NCBI GenBank assembly: GCA_964035545.1
Contig: OZ037768.1
Coordinates: 6,418,741-6,482,740 of the forward strand
DNA from: Bugula neritina
Lineage: Eukaryota > Animalia > Bryozoa
Direction of reading: 5' to 3'
DNA length: 64,000 nucleotides
Part shown: positions 1 to 13,000 of the stretch, piece by piece
Layout of the letters: every line of letters starts with the position of its first letter
How positions within the stretch are numbered: position 1 is the first letter of the stretch
Made by a program: the position numbers and the translations under genes
Notes under the pieces: generated by a model
Seen by the model: only the letters and a program-made list of their open reading frames with translations
Told to the model about the DNA's origin: nothing
Database searches by the model: none

Positions 1-1073
1 CTATACAATAATACATTTTTATTTGGATAATCATAATCAATATCATTATCATTATGATTATTTTCATCATTACGGATTATCATTAAATCATTCATTATCA
101 CTCATTATAATTATCAATTTCTACATCGGTATTGTAATTAAACTTGGCGTTGATATAAAATGAGAATAATTATTCATTGAAATCCAATCGTTATGTGTCT
201 GTATATATAAGCATGATTATGATTACAGATTAGTCATTAGTCTTGGACTTAGAGTTAGCAGAATCAGAATGTCACTGTTGAGTGTTGACGGCAGCATTGC
301 CTTTGAGTTTGCGATTGACTTAGTTGTACAGTTACTGAGTTAGTGTTACTTCGGTAACAGCAAATTATAAGATAAGAGTAAAAAGTTCAATTTTAGTTTT
401 AAAAACCTAATTTTTAAACGTGATATTTATCATTAAAAATCAGTTAATTTTAAGTCATAACTTTGAACTCAATTTAAAAATTGATCTCTTAGATTAATGG
501 CAATACTGAGCTGAAAGTTAAATTGAATTTGCTGAATACTGATAGTGATTAGCAATAGCAGTATTGAAATTAAAAATAGAATAAATTACTAGCTATATAA
601 TAAAATATCAATATGGAAGGCATATTGGTCAATTGTTATTATGAAAAAAAGTTTGGGTATCAGTTAAATTTATCTATGGTGGTTTTAGGTTTAATTGGCT
701 CTTACACTGAGTTACAGTGCTTACTATAAACAAATACCATTAATACATTATCATGATTTTTGTTAATAAATCTCCATTCTTATTATTACCATTGTAGTTT
801 TTGGCCTAATTTTATTAAGAGATAGATTTTTTAAACGACTTGAAAATTTACAGTAACTTCAATTGTGACAATAGTAATCATTGAATGACTTTTAAGATTT
901 ATTTCACGTTTGAATTTTCAAACTGTAATACTGGTAAACTAACATCTTTTCTATTTTAAATACCGGTATAATTGTATTTATATCAGTATTTGGCTAAATG
1001 TGGTTTTGTAAGTTTTTAGATATTCTATAACCACCAAATTTTACTTTGTTTTTATTGACCTTTTTGTAGTTTA

Positions 1074-4000
1074 ATGGCTGAAGATCAGTCACCTTCCATC
1101 GGTATTCAAGAAGATGAAGATATTAGTCAAAATTCTGTGGCTGGTGATGATTTAAACTCTGGATCAGATTCCGAACAATCTCCCTCCCTACCCGACAATA
1201 AGAGTGATCATGAAACTAAGAGTAGGCCTGCTATAAGTACATTGTGTTTCTTTTTTCATTTATTTGCTCAATTACATACATTCATACTGCTGTTTGTTTT
1301 GAGCCTTATTAAGAACATTGACTGCTATTGTTATAATTTTCAGATTTAGGGTTGATGTGCTATCCAGAGAGTCTATTTATCTACTATAGAACTGCACCAG
1401 GATAAGTCGAGTGAACGAGTATATTTTATACACAACTATACATTACAAAAACACGATACATTATTTCTAAACAAGTTACACATCTAATCTATTTCACACT
1501 CTAGCTTCGACTGAGTTAGCAGCGGGAAACTACAATTGCTGCTAACTATCAACTACGCTAATTGGTTATCCATTGTTCCGGGTCAATTGCGCGACCCTAC
1601 ATGTTGTGCTGCTGGTAGTTCCACGAACCACCACACCGCCCCCACCAGCAGAAAGCCATCTTTCTGATAGATATATAAAAAAAAACATTCATTGGTAACC
1701 GCATACATCAGTGGACAAAATAATACATAATATACAGGAAGAGACATAATAATAGACAGAATCATTATAACGATCCGTTGCATACAATTGGCCAGCTGTA
1801 GATAGACGAGGAATACTAGCTAGCTGTGGTGTTAGACAGGGGATAACCTGTTAAGCAGTCAAACATTTACATGACATCTTGGCTTCTCCCAAGAGGCGGA
1901 GTTGGAGTACTCCGGGTAGTCTAACTAGAGTCCTTGTTGGGCACGCCGGTGCTTGGCTTGGCATGTACGCAGTTTCCGTTTCATACGGCATACGGATCCT
2001 TTTAGCTGGAAGAGTCCTGTTGTAGTGTTAAGTAGATCTGGTGCCAGCTGGGTGAACTCTTCTTGTAATCGTAGGAGGCGTTCTTCTACTGTGGCTAGGC
2101 GTACTGGGTCTGGGGACGGTGTCCGTCTGCGGCGCAGGGGTGGACTGGGGGACCTGGTCCGTCTCTTCGCCGGGGTATGGGAGATCTCTCCTTCTTCTGG
2201 ATATGTAGTTTCCTCGGGGGTGTATGTAATTGGAGGGCGGTCAGACACCAACGGGGATTGTTGGCGGGCGTTGTCTAACACACGTTGGAACCCCGAGGAT
2301 AGAACGGCTAATAGCATGGCCTTCTTCACCAGAGGTCGTATATATGTGAGGAACTCCGGGTACAGCTTAGCGTCGACCACATAGTTTTCTCCAGGGAAAC
2401 AGCCCGCCGCTCTGTGTCTGGTGACGGGGTAGGGATACACATCATTGTACCCGCAGGGGCAGAAGGTCAGTAGGAGATGAGCATTGACGTGTAGTTTAAG
2501 GGAGCGGTGAGAGGCGCAATCTTCACCACAGATCTGGCATCTCGTCCGTCCTCTGGACCCCCAGGCTGTTTCTATTTCTTCTTCGGTTTGTGGAGACACC
2601 CACCGCCAACGGCGGCGTAGTGGCTCAGGCCGGTCACCACTAGCATAGTCCTCCGGATACGGAGCGGGAAGTGTTCTATCCCGTACCCTGGTTGTAGCGG
2701 GTCGAGTGTAATCTGAAAAAGTTTCAACAGTGTTAGTACAGTACACTGCTGTGTTGTCAGCTTGAACAGCTTGGCAACTCCTAATTCAGTTACCTCGTAG
2801 AGATTAATGATAGTGACTAGTCAGATAGAACCGTATTGCAATGAGATTATAAAAATCTCTAAGTCAAACTGAGTTCTTACTACGGTATTTCACTAACCTA
2901 TCTCCAGCTCGATTGACTCAGTGAGTCAGAGCTGAGCGATGCAATCTAGTTTCGTATTAAGATATAGTTAACTCACCCCACGATCTGTTGTCGTAAGACA
3001 TACTGAATATGTGAAATGGTTTAAACTACTGCTTAGAAACACGTCTACTCTTGACTGCATCAGCGTATGAAAAGATCGAGCAACGTGGTTGGGGTGCGTG
3101 ATTAAGACTTTGTGCACCCGGCGGATGAATTTTGTTTCTATTTCCGCCGATACAAAAGTTGATATTTCCGTGGTGTTGACAACTCCCACATTTGCTCGAT
3201 TCTTTTCTCGTACGGTTTTCCCCTAGACTTTCATGTGTGCCGCTTTTAACGCAGTCACATACGAAGTCCTTCAAGTATGCGGGGGGTTGCCTCGTACGCT
3301 GTCCCCTTTCTAGGGGGGGTGACACGCTTGCCGGTTCGTTAGTAGGGGCCTCTAATGGCGTCTCTACTTCACCGTCAGCGGTCACCTCTTCTTGTTCTCC
3401 GGATGGAGCCCCTCCCTCCGTGGGGGTTTGCACTTCCGGAACCGGCTCGGTTTCTGGAAGTGATGGAATTAGACTTGGCGGTGGCGGACACGCTTCTGTT
3501 GACAAAAGCTGCTGCTCCTCTCTCACCAAGTTTTCTTCCCGCGGTATGACCACTTCGTATTCAGGTCCATGCCGCCGTCGCCCGCGCGTTGTTGTCTGCC
3601 TCCTGGGCTCTAACAACGGGGGGGCTTCTCCCACTCCGCCGGGGCTAGCCCAATACGGTTTCAAGCGAGACTCATTCTAGATAGACACCTGTCCTGAGCG
3701 CTCAATCTTGTACGTATGATTGGGCATAGCCTCGACGACCACGTAGGGGCCTACGAACTTAGGCTTCAGCTTATCAGCCTGTCCGCGGCGCCTACGGTAA
3801 TTGACCATCCACACCTTATCTCCCGTTTGATAGAGAGGTGGTTCATCGGAATCTTCGTGCCGCACCTTCCACTGCTGTTGACGCAGTATATCGTGTGCGG
3901 CCTTCATCCGTTCCACTAGTTCACTGGCATACTCGTGAACCGAGTTGTCTTGCTCTGGAACGTGATAGGTGAGATGGTCAGGGACACGAGTCTCTCCCGA

Positions 4001-7000
4001 GCATCAAGAGGTTTGGGGTCTCACCAGTACTGGTGTGTGGGGTGCTACGGTATGCACGCATGACTTGCGGCAACACCGTATCCCATTCCTCTTGACCTCG
4101 TCCAAGGAGGAGACTCCGGAGTGCGTCACCTAGCATCCGGTTGTTGCGCTCCACCACCCCGTTACCTTGAGGGTGGTAGGGGGTGGTCCTGCTCTGATTT
4201 ACTCCCCAGAGGTGGCAAAGGTCGCTCATCAGTTGAGACTGGAATTGAGCGCCTTGATCAGAGTGTATCTGTTCGGGAAGCCCAAAATAACAGAATACAT
4301 GTTGGTCTAGTGCCCTGGCCACTGTCGGGGCTGATGCATCTGGGATAGCCAGAGCATCCGCCCACCTAGTAAAGTGGTCGGTTAGTACTAGGATCCAATT
4401 ATTGCCTCTGGGGGTCAGGGGCATGGGTCCGACCAGGTCTACAGCGACTACTTGCCAGGGCCTACCAGCATATAGCCTCCGCCGTCCTGCTTCACCAGGG
4501 GGGCGGCTATGCTTACTGGCCTGGCAGATCTCACACTGTTTGACTCTGAGCCGGACGTCACGCTCCATCTGCGGCCAATACCACCGGAGTCGTAATTTGG
4601 ATATCACTCGCTTGACCCCTGCGTGGGACTGCTTGTGAGTATCCCAAATCAACTCACGGCAGATGGCTGTGGGGCAGACTACCCTCTTCCTTTCCGGGTG
4701 TCTGCCGCTGGCAGCTAGAGAGATGGTTAGCAACCCATCCTGCCCGATCCGCAGCGAGTCCCAACGCTGACAGTATAGCCGGAACTCGGCGCATCCCTGT
4801 CGTATGCGTTCCTCGCTGGGTCGTCGCCCTTCCCTTTTGGCCCGGTATATGTCTGCCACGACTCCAGGCAGCTCTTCTTGGAGCTTCTTCAGCTCTCGAA
4901 CATTACCGGCCAGTACAGGGTTGGCGCGGAGGTTTTGTACATCCTCCGGGGACTCATCAACTCCTTGCCTGAGTTGACCTTGATCCCAATCAAACGGTGC
5001 TCCGTGATGAGCCAGCGTCTCCAACTCGCATCGTGGGGGACCTCCATCCCTCCTCTCGATGTTGAGACACTGTTTGCAACCTCCGTCAGGTCGGCGACTC
5101 AACCCATCCGCATTGCTGTGTCTCTTGCCCGGTCGGTGTTCGATCCGGTATGAGAATTCAGCTAGGATTTCGAGCCACCGTGCGACCTGACTAGAGGGCT
5201 CTGCTCTCCTGCACAACCAGATCAGCGAGGCATGATCCGTACGCAGCCGGAACTTCCTGCCATATAGGTATGGTCTGAAGTGCTTCACTGACTTGATTAC
5301 TGCCAGCAGCTCCTTGCGGGTAGTGCAGTAATTTCGTTCAGCGGGAGAGAGAGACTTGCTGTAGTAGGCTACTACTACCTCTCGGCCTTCCTGCACTTGT
5401 GACAGCACAGCGCCAACATTCTGGTCACTGGCGTCCGTGTCTAGGATGTACTCCAGAGTGGGGTCTGGGTAGGCCAAGATGGGCGCCGTTAGTAGGCAGC
5501 CCTTGAGGCGGTCGAACGCTTCTTGTTCGATTGGAGTCCACTGCCACGTCACTCCCTTTGCGGTGAGCCGGTTTAACGGCTGGGCTATCCCCGCAAAGTC
5601 TGGTATGTATTGCCTGTAATACCCTACCAGCCCCAAGAAAGCCCGGAGTCCGGTCAAGTCTTGGGGGGTGACCCAGTCTTCTACTGCCCGTACCTTTTCG
5701 GGATCCGTTGCCACGCCGTTTCGACCGACAACGTGCCCCAGGTACTTGACCTCCGGCTGCAATAGAGCGCACTTGGAAGGTTTGAGCTTAAGACCGGCAC
5801 CTCGGAGTCTCTCGAAAACCTCCTGCAGACGACTGACATGTGTCTCGAAGTCTGGAGAGATTACGATGACATCATCGAGGTAGACCAGCAGTGTCTTCCA
5901 ATGGAGTCCACTAAGGACTTGTTCCATCAGCCTCTGGAAGGTGGCTGGGGCGGAGGTTAACCCGAAGGGCAGCACCTTCCACTTCCACAAACCGTCCCGT
6001 GTGATAAACGCCGCTTTCTCTTGGGCGTCGGGACTCAGAGGAACCTGCCAATAGCCGCTTAGCAAGTCTAACGTACTGAAGTACTTGCTGCCGGCTAGGG
6101 CGTCCAATGACTCGTCAATACGAGGTAGAGGGTAGGCGTCCTGTATGGTTACGCTATTGAGTTTGCGGTAGTCCACACAGAACCGCCAACTGCCGTCTTT
6201 CTTCCGGACCAGTACGACTGGCGAGCTCCACGCACTATGGGCGGGCTCTATCAGTCCCCGGTCCAGAAGATCCCGTACTTGTCGGCTAACCTCCTTCTCT
6301 TTCTCCGGCCCCAGCCTGCGCGTGGGCTGCCGGACAGGGACTGTCCCTGCAGTCAGCGGTATTTCGTGTCTGACAATTCCAGTCAGTCCCACGTCATGCT
6401 CTCCGCTGCTGAACACATCACCGTAGTCGCGTAGTAACTTAGCCATAGCTTGGCGTTCCCTGTTACTCGCGCAGCCGCCACTGGCTGTTTCATATAACTC
6501 TCGGAGATGTGTTGGGACTGCCCCTCGTCCCTGAATAGGGTGTTGAGGGGGTGCCTCTGTCGCATCATCCAGCGACGGGCCTACGTCTCCCTCCTGAACA
6601 GAGTGAAAACGGCCCAGCATCGACCCAGCCGGGAGCTTGATAGGCTCGGTGAAGGGGTTGATGCACTGCACTAAGATCTCCCCTTGCTCAGTCAGCTGAT
6701 TCAGACTGCTGGCAAGTTGGATCTTTTCGTGCGCGCCTTCAACCACCCCGAGTCCAGAGATCCGGCTACTATTCACCCTGCAGTGAATGGTAGCCCGGGA
6801 GCGGCCTGGTATGGTACGGTTGCGTACCACTTGCACACCTCCCACTAAAGGGCGGCCGAACTTGTCGACGCAGGCGAGTTCCCGCCCGGACATCATCATT
6901 GCAGATCTGCTAAAATCTATGTGACATCCGTGCCGTTTAAGGAACGGCATCCCGAGGATAGCATCCTCCTTGAGCTGACTGACGATGAACGTCTCTTGGA

Positions 7001-10000
7001 TCGTTTGATCGCGGACTCGTCCCGTCAGCTCAATTATACCATAGAAGGGAAGGCACGACCCATCAGCTAGGGTGCCGTATTCCCCTTCGTATGCTTCCAT
7101 CTCGCCCCTGACCCTAGCACTGAGGGTGTCGAAGAGTTGGCGGCTTAAGAGGTTTGTGGTACAGCCCGAATCAATGAGAAAAGTAACAGCTTTGCCTTCC
7201 AGTTTACCGGGCAAGAAATAGCTGTTCCCATGGGGCTGCACCTGAACTCTCCCTTCAGGCCTTACTCTCGCAGGGAGTACCTCCCTCGCTTTGGGTTGCG
7301 AAGGAGGTCTCTTGGGGCGGTGATAGGTAGGCCTCGGGGGTGCCGAGGCTAGATTCTCAGCTACCTTTGTGTGCTCCCATCCAGATTCTTGGACTTGTAG
7401 CCCTGTGAATCTGTTGTGAAGGGGCATAGAAAAGGCAGCCGCGGGGCGAAGCCCCTTGCTGGTCCGTCGTGGCTGTTGCCACTGTTGGTTGCCAGTACGC
7501 GGTACCCGTCTGGGTGACCTGCGTTTCTTCTTCCCTAGAGGTTTCATCGTCGGCCCGCGGAAGGTGGGAACATCTGCGGGCCGCGGTAGTTTAACCCCTG
7601 ATTTAGGAAGGGACAATATCGGCGGAAATGTCCTTGATTTCCGCACTCCCAGCAAAAACTGACTGTTTCTCCCTGTGGCGGCGCCGATGGCCGCATGGGC
7701 TCAGGGGCGGTACTCACTGGGTTTTGTGGTGTCAGTGTTGCTATCAGCTTGGCTAGCATGTCCGTCATTTGAGTGACTTTTGATGCCGTCGCCAACTGGG
7801 ACACGGCAGCCGCGGCGGGGGTTTCCTCCCCTTGTCCCGCGGCCGTGTCTGCGCGGTCTATCTCCACTTGGCGGGAGCTTCCGCGACTTTTATGCATTTG
7901 ATTAGCTAGGAGGTAAGCTTCCCCCTCAGTCAGAGCATCTTCAACGGTGGTGACTCCCCTAGCTAGAAACTGGTGGTGGAGACCCAGATCGTCGACAGAT
8001 GCTATGAAAGCGTCGAGGGTGTACCTCTCGCGGTTGACTGGGGGCAAGTCGCTGTACGCGATCTGTGCCAGCTTCATGACCGCGGCGGCATGCTCTCGCA
8101 GCGGGGTGCGGGGATCACGCCGCAACCTCTGCAATCGGGCCCTGGCATCTGTAGCAGAGAGGCCAAAGCGGGCCCGCAGAGAAGCAAAGATATTATCAAT
8201 GTCTACGCCCAGCCCATAGGGCTTGGCTTTGTCCATCAATGCCATTCTAAGCTTCAGCAGGGCCACCCTAGGGGGCCACTGAGCGACGTCCATTACGTCG
8301 CTAAACTCTTGGATAAATTGTTCCACCTCCTCTTCACCCGTGAAGGTGGGTGCCTTTAACCTGTAGCGGTCTTCAGCTAGTTCTCGCGGAACCCTTCGCT
8401 CTTCTACTACATGGTTAACAGGCATTGTCTCTACAGCATTGTCTCTACGCTCACCTTCGATTGCCGGTGGTTGAGTTCCAGCATTTTCAGTCTCCATCTT
8501 GGATGCACGATCCCACTGCTGCCACCACTGTTATAATTTTCAGATTTAGGGTTGATGTGCTATCCAGAGAGTCTATTTATCTACTATAGAACTGCACCAG
8601 GATAAGTCGAGTGAACGAGTATATTTTATACACAACTATACATTACAAAAACACGATACATTATTTCTAAACAAGTTACACATCTAATCTATTTCACACT
8701 CTAGCTTCGACTGAGTTAGCAGCGGGAAACTACAATTGCTGCTAACTATCAACTACGCTAATTGGTTATCCATTGTTCCGGGTCAATTGCGCGACCCTAC
8801 ATGTTGTGCTGCTGGTAGTTCCACGAACCACCACACTATTTACAAAACTATTTTTTCGAAATCTCTATTTATTTTTAATAGCAATATCTCAGAAGTTGAA
8901 TGTTATGAAGAGCAATTATTAAACTGACTTGACAGAGTTTCTCATTCGCACACAATGTATGTTATGTGCTGCAGATAACAGAAAAGGTCTTCCGGACACT
9001 AAAAGGGACCAAAACCTTATAGATGAGGAAAGAGTTCCAGTTGAGCACAACTCCGAAGAAACATCATTTTCTACCAAAACTAGTGATCATAGCATAGAGC
9101 CCAAAACACAATCTGACAATGACAACAAAATTGTAGATAGTTTTGTAACTAACTTAGAGACTGTAGAAGAAAATAACAGAGATTCTGCTGGGAATACATC
9201 AGAATATTCAGAGGCACTCAAACATGTAAAATCAAACAAACAATTATCACCAGATGACAAGAGTGTTGATGATTTAGGTATGGATTATCTTGCTTATTTG
9301 TAACTTTATGATCTTGTGACTTCCTTGTCCATAATATCAATTTAAGGGCATCATGTGCAAATTTAATCTAGCCATTTAAATTTTGGCTTCAGAGCATGTT
9401 TAAAGTAGATGTAAGGGTAGGTGTTAAATTTAAAACATAATGAAATGCTGATGGGTTGTTTGAGTAAAAATATGAAGTTAATTCCTGGACATTTTAATAT
9501 TTAGCTATTAAATCAAATTTTCACACTGCAGCTATGACCCAGTATTACTTGATAAAAGCAAAATATAACTTTAGTTGTTGGTTATACGACCGACATTCTG
9601 ACAAGTACTCTCTTAATTTCCAGTGTAAAATGTGTCAGCCTTTTTATCTCTGTATTTTTATTTTCAATTCTTTGCAGAAGGTACAACAGAAGAAAAGAAT
9701 GAAAACTCAGAAGTTGATATTCAAGTTAGTTATAGTAATAATCCTCCTGTTTTCAAATCTTGTAATAAAATAAATATTAAACCATTGATTACTTCAAAAA
9801 CTGCTTTTAAAAAATTGTCCTGCTCATTTGTAGATGAAAAATCCAACTAGTTTAGAAAATGCGGAAGATAATATTGAATTAGACTACGACATAGACTTAG
9901 CCCAAGATCTTACTAGTGCTGATCTGGTACAAGGGGACAGTAGTCTGGGTGCCTCATCTGCTCTTGAAGATCAACAAAAAGAAAGTGACCAGCTTTCAGA

Positions 10001-13000
10001 CACTGGTGAAGTTGGTATTCAGTCTGCTGGTCAAAAAGTGACAGTTTCAGCTAAGACTGTTGCTACTAAAGGAAAGAAAAAGGCAAAGAAACCTTCAAAA
10101 GATGTAGGTCAAGTGGATTTTCAGTATTTTGTTTTCAAAAAATAGTTCATAATGCCGTGCAAAAATTTGGCATTGATGAGTATAAATTATATCACATGCA
10201 TGCAACGTGCTGTACCTTTAGCTTTATTTCCTAATTATTTGATCCATTTAGCAGCCATGACTGCAAAGTAAGCGCTTGTTTATGTATGCATGTCTACACT
10301 TACCTAGCCATGCACTTTTCATTAGTTTTTCATAGGTTAATAGACAGAACACAACTTTGGGTCGTGATTATTTTGGTTATTGAGAAAGTTTCACTGTGTG
10401 TGATACTATTAGCCTTATATAATATGGTTTTATTTTAATTAAAAAAGAGTTGTTTGATTTACAGTAGTGTTCATAATAATTATCAAGTTGTCTTGTACAC
10501 TGCATCACATCTCTATATGTATATATGAGCAGGTGGATAGTGGTGAAGATGGGGAAGTGCTATCAGACTCTGACGGGGAGATCAGCTCTACTGACGAGGA
10601 GGAAGGAGCCATCAAGGTCAGTTTTATAGTATAGAAATGTTTTACTAATGGTTACTATATTACACCACGCCGTTTTTATTTACTATCAAAATAATTTCAT
10701 TTCAATATTTTGATAATTGAATTTCAATATAATTTAAATCAAGATGGTATTTAAGTTTTATGTTTAGTGAATGAAGACTAGTAATTAAAACTTTCAAGTT
10801 ACATTTTTTCATAGCCAGTGAATTGTTCATTCACCAAGTGGACTTATTTGTAAATTAAACTAAACAGCACAATTAACTACATATTCTGTCATCACAATTT
10901 TACTTGTCACTGCGGTTCGCAGTCTTCTTGTAAAACTTTTTGGAATTATGCTTTGTTTTTATCAAAGTCATTCATGCTTTTACTTACTTAGTCATTTATA
11001 TTAAATGGAATTTGGCTGTAATGTGTTCTAAGATGGCAAAAACTTTATAATCAATCGTATAAGATTTTAGTAAAAACCTGATCTTGTTTTAATTAGAGAG
11101 GTTAATTAGCTATTTCATAATATTGGAAAACTGATGAAAATATTTGGATATTTCTGCTAAAAATTTCTCCAATTTTTATACGAACACAAATTATAACAAA
11201 TCTCCATACTTCTAACCTTCTTCCATACACATACCATTAAAGAACACTGTATAGAACTTAGCATATATGATGGTATGTATTTGTTTGCTTATTCGCATTT
11301 GTGTGTAAATTCAGGATGAAGCTGAGGAAGGAGAAATTCAAGATGGAAGAAACTTCAATTCAAGGAGTCAGCTGTGTCGGTTCTTTGCCCGAGGTTTGTG
11401 TACCTGGGGGTATAGCTGTCGGTTTCTTCATCCGGGTATCAATGACAAAGGTAAGTTCGTCACGTGTCTTTGAGACTAGGAGTTTAGATACTTTTTTTCT
11501 CTACTTAGCACCACCTCGAATCGTTTTATCATGTGCAAAGTTACTGAAAACTTACGAATGACCACCTCTAAGAATTAATATAATACATTTATTATATAAT
11601 ACTATGTATGACTCATCAGCTATGAGTAAGGTGCAGGGGTTACCCAGTCAGAAGTGCTCGCCCAGGCCTTAATAATATGAAACTTTGGTGTTCGGACACA
11701 ATTGCTCTTATGTCTAATTTAAAGTACTCAATGTTGAGCTATTTGTAAATAGTTTGTGTCATCAACTATGGGATTTGTCTTCCCTTGTAGTTATTGCTTT
11801 TGCTGAAATATTTAACATATAGCTCACGTTACATGTTTAGGTAACTACCAGCTGATAGAGCGACCTGGTATGAGACCACCACCTGGGATATACCGTCCTC
11901 CTGCAGAGTCTGACAAACAGGAAGAGGAAGTTGAGCCACAACCCGAGGAGGAAGACCCGCCAGTACCCGTAGAGCCACCTAAACCAGAAACACCCTGGGA
12001 GAGGGGTCTGCGGCAAGCCAAAGAGGTAAGTTTATTGTTGTACACAGAACCTTATGTTTAATAGAGTGAATCTGTAAAACATTTTGATGTATGTGTTGCA
12101 TGCTAATACTCGGGTGTATTGTTCTAACAAGCATGAATTATTTTTATTTTGTTTGATGAAAATAAATGGCAAAAATAATTAGCACAAATTTGTTGAACCA
12201 ATCATATAAATATTCCAATATATTTGCTGTTTTACACCCAGGCTCTTAAAAGGGCGAGTCGGAAAAAAGAACTGGAATTAGATATTGAAGACAAAAAGTT
12301 AAACATGACCTTGGATGCTAGGGTCAGGGATGGCGATCAGTTTAGAGATGACCCTTATTACGATAATCTCGACTAGTAAGTCTTTCGATTAGTAAGTCTT
12401 GAAATGGTATAAGCAGGACAGAAAGGAGGTGATGAAAATTCTTAATTTAAATGTGTATCCTTGCTGGTTTCATGTTGATTTGTTTTTGCTATAAATATTT
12501 GTCATTTGTTTGCTGTCTTAGTGATGAACTGGACCCAATACAAGCCACCACATTTGAAGAGTACAGTAAGGAGGATAATTGGGAGCAAGCTGGTTTTGAG
12601 GAGTCATTTGACGTAGAGTGGACGCAGGCAAACTACAGCTTACCACATGTATGTACTTTCAAAAATTCAGGTGTATGCTGAGAAAACTTCTACCTTTAAG
12701 AAGTGTATTATTTTGAAAATGGCTATGGTTTTCAAATTTGAATTCACCAATACCTATCATGTAGTTTCATCATTAGGGTATAAAGATCAGCTGCATTTTG
12801 TCCTGCGAAATAATTCTACTTTGAAGTTTGTTCATTTTTCAATTAGTTTTTATGCAAATCTTAATTATTATTTGGTGCAGATGCATGTGCCTCCACCTCC
12901 CAACCCAATGGAAATGCAGTGGAGAGAAGACAGAATGAGATCCGATGGCCGTAGAATGTACGACAGAGGTGGAAGCAGGTCACGGCATCGAAGCCCTCCA

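Larger units (their letters stand above)
1329..8835 (-). mobile_element. Full-length Ty3/Gypsy LTR retrotransposon, antisense in a ZC3H18 intron
   Basis: Two 307-bp direct repeats with TG...CA ends; 4-bp TSD CTAT (1325-1328 and 8836-8839); PBS and PPT present; gag followed by pol in PR-RT-RH-INT order. Confidence 0.98.

Noticed and set aside
1925-2746. ORF3 as an Env/fusion glycoprotein
   Set aside because: No signal peptide, furin site plus fusion peptide, or C-terminal TM anchor; motifs indicate a nuclear zinc-finger protein.
2713-2793. 81-nt local intron supplying a nearby start exon for ORF3
   Set aside because: The upstream in-phase frame hits TAA within 4 codons and has no ATG; the gag donor fits better.
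3677-3679. Programmed stop-codon readthrough in integrase
   Set aside because: Context TAG-AAT is not a recognised readthrough context and lies downstream of a frameshift; a C>T nonsense change is simpler.
1953-8359. Plus-strand ORFs across the retrotransposon (e.g. 1953-2384, 3192-3680, 7973-8359)
   Set aside because: Antisense shadows of GC-rich coding frames, with no motifs.
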